A stretch of 35,842 nt of DNA from Dimorphilus gyrociliatus (GCA_904063045.1 CAJFCJ010000100.1:91856-127697), one strand, 5' to 3'; shown: positions 1-9,350, counted from the stretch's first letter. Notes: generated by a model not told the origin, from the sequence alone. Made by a program: numbers and translations.

Positions 1-6
1 GTGGAA

Positions 7-73
7 CATCTGGTGAACCATGTCCATTCTGAATTTGTAGCATCTGGTGAACCAATGTCATTCTGATTTGTAG
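7..73. repeat. 33-34 bp tandem duplication at the window edge (ATNQNDIGSPD codons)
   Basis: catctggtgaacc...tttgtag is present twice (7-40, 41-73), differing only by single-base indels. Confidence 0.8.
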
Positions 74-366
74 CAATAATATCTTCATAATTCTTTTATC
101 ATTTCTTTTAATTCTTCTCTGTTCTTGTCAAGATTATTTTTGGACACATGTAAATAATTGTCAAATTTTCTAGTGTATTTGAATTAATATTGTGTACATT
201 TTGATTAGACAAATGTTCAAATTCAATACTTTCCAACTGTAATTCTTCTATTTCAGGAGTAACTGGATTTTTTCTTTTGTTCTTTTTGCACTTTGATAGT
301 TATTCCATCTTCTAATTCTATGTATTTGTGGTTTCATTTCCATTTTCCATAGCCAAGTTCTTCAGT

Positions 367-590
367 TTCTTCTTCAGAGGAATTTATGAGAATAACTGAG
401 TCATTGTCAGACTTAGGTATATTTTCCAGTCTCTTCATCAGATGAGTCTATAACCATTATGGAATCATTGTCAGACTCAATTGGTGTTACTGGTCTCTTC
501 TTCAGATGAGTCTATAACAATCATTGAATCATTATCAGGCTCAGTTATGTTATCAAGCTCTTCCTCAGATGAGTCTATAACAATCATTGA
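367..590 (-). repeat. ~63-bp (21-aa) tandem repeat, 4 units, encoding SIM-like motifs SMIVIDSSEEE / SMIVIDSSEEE / SIMVIDSSDEE / SVILINSSEEE
   Basis: The core tcagatgagtctataac occurs at 438, 502 and 565, with a variant at 374 and a weaker one at 632. The first two units are in one open frame; the others need single-base corrections. Confidence 0.8.
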
Positions 591-1019
591 AACCATGAAT
601 CAGAATCAGTTGAATCACTAATTTTCATTCTTCAGATGAGCTTGTACCATTGATTATATCCAAATCTGAGTCTGGGCTTGTGATCTGATTCAATACTTGT
701 TTCTGTATCATAATTTTTCAGAAGTACTGGAACTTTCATCTGTGCCATAATTGCTATTTGAAATCAAAACCATTGAATCCTCATAAACTTATGCTTGAAC
801 CATGAGTGTTGCCTTGTATCATAGCCAGTATCTGGATCAGTAAACTTCCATTTCTGAGTCCACACTATCTGAAACTTCAGATGGAGTATCAAAAACTTCA
901 GATGGAGTGTCAGAATCTTCAAAATACTGTCCCATCATTCCAACAGTTACTTTTTTTACACTGCCTTGTTTTCCAAATTTTGTTTGGTGATTTTCGTTAT
1001 ATTGCAAAAACTTTCTAAC

Positions 1020-1215
1020 TGGTTGTCCTTTTCTGATAAAGAATGGAAGAGAAACTTGTTTTGTTGCAAAATCAATAAGAGCTCCAGCATTTTCTAAGAA
1101 ATCACAACCAAGTATTATAGCCATATCTAGTTTTTTCCATAATAAAGAATTCTTGTTCCATAATTCTTCCATTAAATTGAATATTCAGTTTTGTTTTTCC
1201 TTTTGTCTTTAAAGC
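1020..1215 (-). pseudogene. C-terminal half of the aspartic protease, split by two +1 frameshifts
   Basis: Removing one A from each of two A-runs (near 1208 and 1135) gives CFKTKGKTKLNIQFNGRIMEQEFFIMEKLDMAIILGCDFLENAGALIDFATKQVSL, which includes the retropepsin ILG-DFL motif. Confidence 0.8.
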
Positions 1216-2572
1216 ATTTTCCCTCTGCTGAAGTGATGATTGGTAAGCCAGTAGTTTCTTTCTTGATGAATTTAGAATCCATTAACCTGATTTCTTTTTC
1301 TGTAATAAATGACAAAAGTGCTCCTGAATCACATAAAGCAATAACCTCTCTTCCATTATGATTTTTCATTCGAAATTGGAAATCTTTTCTGCCTTTTACC
1401 AAAGAAGTACACTTAAAATGTGCGATTTTCTCTTCTTTGAGATTAAATATTGCCATTCTTCCTTTAGAAATTTCAGTTTCATTAGGTTCATCAGGTCCAA
1501 CATGTATTAGTCTGTTAAAGCTGCCTTTTTCATTATTTCCTGCATTTCCATTTCTTTGTTGTTGAAATCTATTTTGAGAAAAAGGTTTAAATGTATGTTC
1601 ATTTTGATTTGAGTTACTCTGATTGTTGTCAAATCTCCTTTTGTACTGTTTGAATTCATTTTCGCTTTCTTTTCTTGCATTATCAAAAAATATTTCTGCT
1701 CTTTTTGCCAATTTAATATACTGATTAACTGAGTTAATCTTTCCATCTTTTTCCACATGATTAACAATTTTTCCTTTAAGACCATTCCTGAATACAGTTA
1801 ACAGTTGAAGTTCTCTAACTCTTTCAGTAACACAAGCCATTTCAGTAGTATTGAATGGTAGGAATTTTTCCACAAGTTCTTTACTTCTTCTAACAAAACT
1901 TTGGACAGTTTCATCATTGAACTGTCTCAATCTATCAATTTCTTTTTTGTAAGCCATAGGATCTGGATTAAATTCTTCATCCAATGCATCCCAAATTTCA
2001 TTTTCATTTGCCATGGAGGGTAAACTTTCAATAACATCTCTGGCTCTTCCAGTAGTGTATTTTCTCAGCATTCGAACTCTTTTCTCTTCTGTATCCCAAA
2101 GGTTTAATTCACAAGCTGTTTGAAAGTTCCTCTTAAAGGCCCAAGTATCTTTGCTACCAGAATAGGGTCTCAGCAAAGTAGTATTAGGTTTCTCATTAGC
2201 ATCAATTAGAAGACTTGCAATTGTCTTTTCCAAAGCATTATCTTGAATGCCATCATAACTGAATTTTGGTTGAGTAGGATCAGGATTAACCATACCTTCA
2301 GGAATTGTAGCTGCCCCAGTCATCAAATGGTACTTTAAAAAGCTATTACCATCAACTTTGGCTCCACTACTTTTAATTCTCAACATTAATTCATTAATTT
2401 TTGAAAGATACTCATCTACTTCCTTGGCTCTGGCTTTGTCATTCTCATAAACCAAAATAACATTCATTGAAGTAGCATTGTGGGCTGTCGACTGCGCCAT
2501 ATTTGTACTTTGTTGTATTGTAATTGTAGGAATTTCTGGTTCGTCACAACTGTAATCGTCCTTTCCAATCAT
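1172..2572 (-). CDS. Retrotransposon Gag plus N-terminal half of retropepsin-type aspartic protease
   Basis: 466-aa ORF. Gag capsid-like motifs FKRNFQTACELNLW...GRARDVIESL...WDALDEEF and ETVQSFVRR...FRNGLKGKI. Protease active site VIALCDSGALLSFI (codons D-S-G at 1322-1330). Confidence 0.85.
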   Translation of the reverse strand: MIGKDDYSCDEPEIPTITIQQSTNMAQSTAHNATSMNVILVYENDKARAKEVDEYLSKINELMLRIKSSGAKVDGNSFLKYHLMTGAATIPEGMVNPDPTQPKFSYDGIQDNALEKTIASLLIDANEKPNTTLLRPYSGSKDTWAFKRNFQTACELNLWDTEEKRVRMLRKYTTGRARDVIESLPSMANENEIWDALDEEFNPDPMAYKKEIDRLRQFNDETVQSFVRRSKELVEKFLPFNTTEMACVTERVRELQLLTVFRNGLKGKIVNHVEKDGKINSVNQYIKLAKRAEIFFDNARKESENEFKQYKRRFDNNQSNSNQNEHTFKPFSQNRFQQQRNGNAGNNEKGSFNRLIHVGPDEPNETEISKGRMAIFNLKEEKIAHFKCTSLVKGRKDFQFRMKNHNGREVIALCDSGALLSFITEKEIRLMDSKFIKKETTGLPIITSAEGKCFKDKRKNKTEYSI

Positions 2573-2759
2573 TTACCAACTTGCCAAAGTACTGGTCCAA
2601 ATAGAACCTTTAAAGTTCGTCCACAAATAGTCTAACAAAGGCAATTTCGGTAGAAATTGATTAACAAAACACCAGTATTTCGTCCAAAGAATATGTATTG
2701 AGTAAAATGAGCTTCTAGTTCTAAACAAGCTAGTTTAAACAACTAGCTGACGGTTAGAA

Positions 2760-2798
2760 AACTGAACTATCAACTGTTAATTTCGTAGGGTTTATATA
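2760..2798 (-). promoter_or_regulatory. Candidate retroelement promoter: TATATAAA (2798-2791) and initiator-like TCAGTT (2765-2760)
   Basis: Motifs and spacing of about 35 nt are seen directly. A second TATATAAA near 3283-3276 is an alternative candidate. Confidence 0.4.
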
Positions 2799-3402
2799 CT
2801 CTTTTAAGGGTTGATAGTTCACAAATTTCAATGTTCACAAAAACAAAAGTAACATTTGAAGACAAAGAAAAGTTCTAAATATGGTCATGTTTTTATTGTT
2901 TTCCTCTTCTAAATAATAGTTGAATTTCGAAGGTTGGAGAGTTGCATAAGATGTAACAATTTTAGTAGGACAAGTCCAACAATCAAGAAAACATGTAGAT
3001 TGTATATTTGACCGTTTTTATATTCTACCTTAATAATGATATTCAATTGATTGAGTTAGTAAATTTAGCATCAGCATATAAGGAGGAAGTATATCTGATT
3101 AATGCATGTTAAAAAGAACAGTATTGTGTATACAATACTGTTGAATAGTGAATATAATCTAACCTTAGAATTTAAGCATAATTGATAATTAATTGAACTA
3201 GTTTTAGTTCGAAATCATAAATTTATGGATTAATAAATTGTAATATTAATGCTAGGTTGCAAATAGCAAATATTCTTTATATAATTCAATAGGTTTTATT
3301 ACTGCATAATGTGTATGCACTGCCCTATGCGAAACTAGGTCACTACTGCTTATCTTTATCAGTGCTATCTGCATAGTACAATACTGGTTCAATACTACTT
3401 CT

Positions 3403-6400
3403 CTATTGTAGAATATAGCTGACGAATGTATGTGTACAAAATCCATTTCCCATATGTGAATTCCTACTGAAATTCATATCTTCGAGTGCTGAACAGTTCT
3501 TAAATGTTTGTCCCAGACATCTGGCTTGTTCATAATTCAATGCACAGAAATGAAGGTTAATTTTTTTCAAACAATGACAAGAAGATTTAAGCCCATTACA
3601 TATCACTTTAAATCCATTTCCCATGTTTTCATTTCCTGTAAAATCAATATCTTCTATAGTTGAACACCCTTCAAATGTTTTTCCTAGACATTTAGCTTGT
3701 TCATCATTTAATGCACAAAAACATAGTTTAATTTTGTTCAAACAGTTTGCAGAAGATTTGAGTCCCTCACATATCACTTGAAATCCATGTCCCATGTTTT
3801 CATTTCCAGAGAAATCAATATCTTTCAGTGCTGAACAGTCTTTGAATGTTTGTCCCAGATCTGTAGCTTGGTCATCATTTAATGCACAAAAACAAAGTCT
3901 AATTTTTTTCAAAAAGTGTGAGGAAGATTTGAGTCCATCACATATTACTTTAAATCCAATACCCATGTTTTCATTCCCAGAGAAATCAATCTCTTCCAGT
4001 ACAGAACACTCTTTGAATGTTTCTCCCAGACATTTAGCTTGTTCATCATTTAATGCACAGAAAGAAAGGTTAATCTTTTTCAAACAGTGTGAAGAAGTTT
4101 TGAATCCTTTACATATTACTTTTAATCCATTTCCGGTATGTTTATTCCTGCTAAAGTTGATATCTTCTAGTGTTGAACACTCTTCAAATGTTTTACCTAG
4201 TGTTTTAGCTTGTTCATCATATAATGCACATTCAGATAAATTAATGTTTTTTAAACAATTTGAGGAAGATTTGAGCCCATTACATATTTCTTTAAATCCA
4301 TTTCGCATGTTTTCATTCCCAGAGAAATCAATATCTTCTAATGTTGAACATTCTTGAAATGTTTCTCCCATACATGTAGCTTGTACATTATTCAAGGCAC
4401 AGAAAGAAAAATTGATTTTTTTTAAACAATTTGAAGAAAATTTGAGTCCATTACATATCACTTTAAGTCCATCTCTCATGTTTTCATTCCCAGTGAAATC
4501 AATATCTTCTAATGTTGAACATTCTTGAAATGTTTCTCCCATACATGTAGCTTGTACATTATTCAAGGCACAGAAAGAAAAATTGATTTTTTTTAAACAA
4601 TTTGAAGAAAATTTGAGTCCATTACATATCACTTTAAGTCCATCTCTCATGTTTTCATTCCCACTGAAATCAATCTCTTCTAGAGTTGAACACTCTTTAA
4701 ATGTTTGTCCAAGACATTTAGCTTGTTCATCATTCAACGCGCATAAACAAAGGTGAATCGTTTTCAAAGAGTTTGAAGAAGATTTTAGTCCATTGCATAT
4801 TACTTTAAAGTTTTTAGCCATGTTGTTGTTTTGGGATAGGTTTATATATTTTAGAGAATGACATTTGTGAATGCTTTTGCCTAATTTTTCTGAGTTCTGA
4901 TTATTTAAATTGCAATCCACCATGATAAGGTTTGTTAATGTAGTATGAAACGAAGTAAAATCGAGATACAGGTGAGTATTAAAAAAACTTTTAATTTTGA
5001 AAGTTTTAATTTTTGTACATTTTAATAACATTTGAATTGTTGTGTTCTGTCTACTCTCAAATTCTGTATATTGATTTATATTGAATATTTCTAGTGTTTG
5101 GCTCAATATTTCAAAGAGATTATTTAAAGTATCTTTACAATTTTCAGTAGATTTCATTTTATATATTTGAACTGGAAAATAAGTCATGTAAATAAATTTT
5201 TTTTTCAATGCCCAATTTAAACACTCAAGATTTTCTTTATTCAATTCTATTAAATTTCTACTATTAACACAGTGTTCCTCCTCTTCAGTACAATTTAGTG
5301 AAATTACTACTTTTTCAGAGCTAAAAACTGTTATTCTGATGATATTTGATACTGAAATATTATCCGTATAAGAAATTTTTGGAGTTTTTGTTAAATTATT
5401 TGATACATAACTGTAACAATCTTGAAAAAATGGGCAAGTGAGTTCTATAACTGAGCTGTTATGTATTAGTAGCTTCTTAAATATTTGATTCTGTCTTTTA
5501 AATTTTATGATCTGAAAAAATTCATCCATTCTATTTCCAGACAGTATTTTATTTTTTAGTATAATACATTGCAAACATGAATTTTTTTCAATAAAATTTA
5601 GTGATGACTGTTTATAAAAAATATCTGAATTATATGATATATCAGTTAAAGTTGTAAGTTGGTATGTTCCAAATGTAACTCCAATCATCCAATAGGTTTG
5701 ATTACTATTACTTGAAATTGTTAAAGATTGAATTTGCAATTCTGATAATATTCTATTATTAGTAGAATTATTTCTTTGTACCAATAATTTGGTTTTATTA
5801 ATAGTGAAATTTGTGATATTTGTATAAGTGATCAGTAGAAATAGTTCTTGAAATATCATTTCATATGAAAAATGAAAGTCTTCATTTTGTATTTTAATGT
5901 TTGTGACCAATGGAGAATATAGAGTAAGTTGTTTTAGTAGGAAACCAATATTTATCTTGGTGTTGCAGATATAAACATCCAATAGACAACTTCCTCTGAT
6001 TTGTATTAGTAAATTCACTATAGTATCATTCAAATGTTCATTTTCCAAATTAATTTCTTTGTTACTTTCTAAACCATTTGTTAAATAATTTTGTACATTT
6101 TCACTACAATCAAACATTTGTTGAGCAATTTGAGAAGATAGTAAAATATTCTGAAATATTGATTTAGAATATTGTTGAACAAAATCTAAAGTATTATATA
6201 TTCTAACATTATTATATTCTTTGAACAAATCATTTAAAGTTTTTTTCTCATTTAATGAATTTGTCAATGTCCAAATTGTTTGTTTTGGTTTCTTCTCAAA
6301 CTCATTTATTAGATATTTAGCTGAAAAGTATTCTTGAAATGATAAATGATAGAGTTGTAACTCTTTTTTCTTTAATTTAGCTGGAATGAAATCAATTAAA

Positions 6401-7689
6401 CCTTTAAGACAATTTTCTATGTTTTTTTCATTGTTGGAATAACAGTCAAGTATAATTTTACTTTTTGAAAGGTTAATAAAACATAATTTGTATATATTTT
6501 CCATGTTTAAATCACTTTTGTTTATGGTTTCTAGATTTTTCTCTTGTACTATACTAACAAAATCCTCATATATTTGAAAAAGATTTTTGTTAAATATATC
6601 ACCTTTCTCCTTCCAAATATAAAAAAGAATCATTGCTAAAAGTGGTACTCGACAAAGATTTTGTATCCTTGGATATTTCTTGACAACATTTTCAATAAAT
6701 TCAGTGGCTACATGATTATTGTTTGTGTAAAAACATTTTAGAAAAAAATTTTCCATTTGAACATTATTCCAACCTGTTAATTCGAATGCATAATCACAAG
6801 TAGGTATGATTTGTTCAGCTTTCCACTTTCTTGTCCAAATGGCAGTTGGAATATTGCAGTTTGCTTTATTGATTAGATCATTAAATTTATGCGTTGGAAG
6901 ATGAAACTCATCTGCTCCATCTAATAATAAGATGATATCTTTTTTCTTTTCTTTAAAAAATAATTCAATAATACTCTCATTTATATAATTAATATTTTCG
7001 AAATTTTGTTTATATATCTCTTCATAAATTGTTGTTTTATATTTAACATTTCTCAGAATAATGAAAATACACAATTTTTCATGATCAGTATTCCATCTTT
7101 CATTTGCCCACATATGGATTAAATTTTTCATATGGACACTTTTTCCTATTCCAGGCTCTCCTTGGATTAATAGCTTATTAAAATCTGTATAGAACATTTC
7201 ATAGAAATTTTCATAGTCAATTTCAGCGTCAATAAGTTTTGAATCAATGATATCCTTTGGTAGGATTTCTGATATTTTAATAGATGTAACAATATCAGTA
7301 AGTTTTGCTTCTTTTGTTTCACCAAATGGTAAAAGTTTAATTGTTGTGAAATCTTTTCTTCTCTCTTCTTTTGTATCACAAATTAACCTTTTCCAAACGT
7401 ATTCTGGATTACTCAAATTTCTAGCCAATTCTTTGTTCAAGTCATCCATTTTGAATAAAATTTCAATAATATCTATTAACTTACATCTATTTAGTAAATT
7501 AATTAGCTCTTGGATAGCTTTGGGTGTGTGTGTTTTATACTGACTGTTGAGAATGTCTGCTTGATCTGAACTGATGAAGTTCTTTGAAATTAAGTGATGA
7601 CAAAATTGTTCATATATAAAAGGTTGATTTAATGATATTTGAAATTTTTCCATAAAATAGTTAAAACACAGCTGATGTGTGGAATCCAT
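3403..7689 (-). CDS. NLR-type receptor: N-terminal death-fold (CARD/DD-like), NACHT NTPase, winged helix, ribonuclease-inhibitor-type LRRs; single coding exon; C-terminus truncated by a retroelement
   Basis: 1428-aa ORF with Walker A GEPGIGKS, Walker B ILLLDGADE, LCRVPLL, WHD YHLSFQEYFSA, and 57-aa LRR doublets. An in-frame TAA lies just upstream of the ATG, and an AG acceptor at 7742 indicates a 5' UTR intron. Confidence 0.92.
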   Translation of the reverse strand: MDSTHQLCFNYFMEKFQISLNQPFIYEQFCHHLISKNFISSDQADILNSQYKTHTPKAIQELINLLNRCKLIDIIEILFKMDDLNKELARNLSNPEYVWKRLICDTKEERRKDFTTIKLLPFGETKEAKLTDIVTSIKISEILPKDIIDSKLIDAEIDYENFYEMFYTDFNKLLIQGEPGIGKSVHMKNLIHMWANERWNTDHEKLCIFIILRNVKYKTTIYEEIYKQNFENINYINESIIELFFKEKKKDIILLLDGADEFHLPTHKFNDLINKANCNIPTAIWTRKWKAEQIIPTCDYAFELTGWNNVQMENFFLKCFYTNNNHVATEFIENVVKKYPRIQNLCRVPLLAMILFYIWKEKGDIFNKNLFQIYEDFVSIVQEKNLETINKSDLNMENIYKLCFINLSKSKIILDCYSNNEKNIENCLKGLIDFIPAKLKKKELQLYHLSFQEYFSAKYLINEFEKKPKQTIWTLTNSLNEKKTLNDLFKEYNNVRIYNTLDFVQQYSKSIFQNILLSSQIAQQMFDCSENVQNYLTNGLESNKEINLENEHLNDTIVNLLIQIRGSCLLDVYICNTKINIGFLLKQLTLYSPLVTNIKIQNEDFHFSYEMIFQELFLLITYTNITNFTINKTKLLVQRNNSTNNRILSELQIQSLTISSNSNQTYWMIGVTFGTYQLTTLTDISYNSDIFYKQSSLNFIEKNSCLQCIILKNKILSGNRMDEFFQIIKFKRQNQIFKKLLIHNSSVIELTCPFFQDCYSYVSNNLTKTPKISYTDNISVSNIIRITVFSSEKVVISLNCTEEEEHCVNSRNLIELNKENLECLNWALKKKFIYMTYFPVQIYKMKSTENCKDTLNNLFEILSQTLEIFNINQYTEFESRQNTTIQMLLKCTKIKTFKIKSFFNTHLYLDFTSFHTTLTNLIMVDCNLNNQNSEKLGKSIHKCHSLKYINLSQNNNMAKNFKVICNGLKSSSNSLKTIHLCLCALNDEQAKCLGQTFKECSTLEEIDFSGNENMRDGLKVICNGLKFSSNCLKKINFSFCALNNVQATCMGETFQECSTLEDIDFTGNENMRDGLKVICNGLKFSSNCLKKINFSFCALNNVQATCMGETFQECSTLEDIDFSGNENMRNGFKEICNGLKSSSNCLKNINLSECALYDEQAKTLGKTFEECSTLEDINFSRNKHTGNGLKVICKGFKTSSHCLKKINLSFCALNDEQAKCLGETFKECSVLEEIDFSGNENMGIGFKVICDGLKSSSHFLKKIRLCFCALNDDQATDLGQTFKDCSALKDIDFSGNENMGHGFQVICEGLKSSANCLNKIKLCFCALNDEQAKCLGKTFEGCSTIEDIDFTGNENMGNGFKVICNGLKSSCHCLKKINLHFCALNYEQARCLGQTFKNCSALEDMNFSRNSHMGNGFCTHTFVSYILQ
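3439..4839 (-). repeat. 171-bp (57-aa, 28+29) LRR tandem array, 8 full units plus 11 aa
   Basis: Unit consensus FSGNENMxxGFKVICxGLKSSxxCLKKIxLxFCALNxxQAxCLGxTFxxCSxLExID. 4324-4492 and 4495-4663 look identical over 169 bp. Confidence 0.95.
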
Positions 7690-8286
7690 TCTGATGAATG
7701 GTCTTTAAGTAGTTTCTTATTTTGGTATTTGGATTTTTTTTCTGTAAAATCTATTTTTATACCATTAAAATTGTCTTTTGTCAAATACAATAAATAGTCT
7801 AACCTAACTTATTGACAATTTGTATCGATTTGCTTTTCAATTTTTACAGAAAACACGTTTCGACAGGACGATCATGTACCAAATTTTTTCTTGGAGTGCT
7901 CAGTCTTAAAATATACTTAAAATAATAAGCTCACTAATAATGACTAGTTTTCAAAATTTAGAAAATTTATTGTAGAAAACTTACCTATTGTATCCAGACA
8001 TTCAGAAGATTTGCTCTGGTATAGGTGAGCAATATTAAACTAGTATTGTTGTGTAATTCATAAGATTTTTCTTTAGAATTCTTCCAATAATAGCGAATAA
8101 AATCTAAACTTATTGTAAAAACATAATTGACATTCAATTGAATTGCTTTTTATTTAATTATAGATTAATCAAGTTAAGTTACAAATTCCACTATCTGTCA
8201 ACTATGACATACTATTACATCACATTATTTAACATTTAACTATTTAAGTTAAAGCCAAATGATTAACATATATTATTACCTGACAT

Positions 8287-8499
8287 TGTATAACTTTGGT
8301 TATATGATAGGCCTAAACTATATGACTATATGCAACTTATGCATGTACCTCTTAAAACCTACATAAGAAAATGTAATAGCATTGGTCAAACATAGATTTT
8401 GATTAGTCATTCTTCAAGTGATTGTTAGTTAAGGTTTGATCAAGTTATAATTCAATTAACCTTCCTAAATGTTTAACCTTGTAACCTACTCTTATTAAA
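8287..8499 (+). repeat. Unclassified dispersed repeat, copy 1 (upstream of the NLR)
   Basis: Colinear similarity to 14979-15236 (tgtacctcttaaaacctac...cattggtcaaacata...ccttcctaaatgtt). Confidence 0.75.
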
Positions 8500-8634
8500 A
8501 ATAATTAATATTCAAATAAACAAAAAATCACAATTATAATAGAAAAAGTTCATTTTTATGTATTTTATTGGCCATATTGTTCAATTAGAAATGCAAGGAA
8601 AGAATTTTAATTTTACTTAAAGCTGCAATCATAC

Positions 8635-9350
8635 CTGTAAAAAAAGATAAGAAATTTGATCTTAGCAGCTTAAAGTCAATAATGCCATTCTGGTTTGTAA
8701 CATTTTTCTTAAAGTTTTTCCAAATGAGAGAATATCTTCATTTTCAGTACTCTTTTCAAAACTTGAAAGTTTAATCAAACATAGCATCCATCTCCTTCCT
8801 CCATTCTCCATGTTCTTTTAGGGAAAAAACAAGCAAAGTGTTGGATTTTTAAAAAACATGTCTTTGATTAATTTATCATGTTTTGTCCAAACCTGGCAGA
8901 CAATTGTGTTGAATGATACTTCATCTCCTAAAACGAATTTGAATGAATGACAATATGATATTGCTGTTCCAACATTCTTTGAAATAAGAAAAATGTTTTG
9001 AATGGAGAAGATGAGAGGATTTGTTTTATTATCTTTCAGAGTGTTGAGAGAACAGTCAACTGACAGAAAATGATTATTCATTTCACATATAAATTTACAA
9101 TCTAAAAATCAATTCATTTGAAAATTAAAAGAGAATCATTAAGATAATTGCTTACCATTTTGAACTTGACTGCATACCAACATTTTGAAATGTTGCTCTC
9201 TGACAAAAAAAAGAGGACATTTTCTTTTAAAAAGTACAACAATTTAATAGATTGACAAACAAACATTTTCTTTTTCTTCTCGTTTGAAAGATCTGCAAAG
9301 TACCATTTTATGTCGCTGAACATATACAAAAGTGGATTTGTAATTCAGTG
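8635..9350 (-). pseudogene. Decayed exons of a C-type-lectin-like multidomain gene
   Basis: Degenerate CTL-like pattern (..KWYF..C..ENVLFFL..W..CKFICE), a 54-bp GT-AG intron (9155-9102), stops and frameshifts. Confidence 0.35.

Larger units (their letters stand above)
1..3438 (-). mobile_element. Ty3/Gypsy-like LTR retrotransposon, 5' portion (putative 5' LTR/leader, gag, aspartic protease, acidic spacer, start of RT-proximal helix); remainder lies left of the window
   Basis: Begins TGTACA at 3438, exactly where the NLR repeat pattern breaks. It has a capsid-like gag, a D-S-G protease, and an RT-proximal-like segment (EQRRIIKEMIK/NYEDIIATNQNDIG) near the left edge. Segments 3034-3296 and 2385-2775 recur colinearly at 11624-12946, so they travel as one element. 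The 3' boundary of the LTR and the PBS were not identified. Confidence 0.8.

Noticed and set aside
806-1785. Short overlapping ORFs 806-1018 and 1507-1785
   Set aside because: Alternative-frame or antisense shadows of the gag-pol region.
3239-3438. Apparent 200-bp solo LTR (TG...CA) with ATTT target duplication
   Set aside because: Similarity to the relic at 11624-11893 runs straight across the proposed 3' boundary, and removing it does not restore the LRR frame (gives GNGFINP stop). ATTT is common in this sequence.
3794-4357. 187-aa plus-strand ORF with 57-aa periodicity
   Set aside because: Antisense shadow of the LRR array; the periodicity is inherited from the NLR strand.
8635-9350. CTL-like exons spliced onto the NLR as an N-terminal domain
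   Set aside because: The NLR exon has an in-frame TAA between its acceptor and the ATG, so upstream exons can only be UTR.
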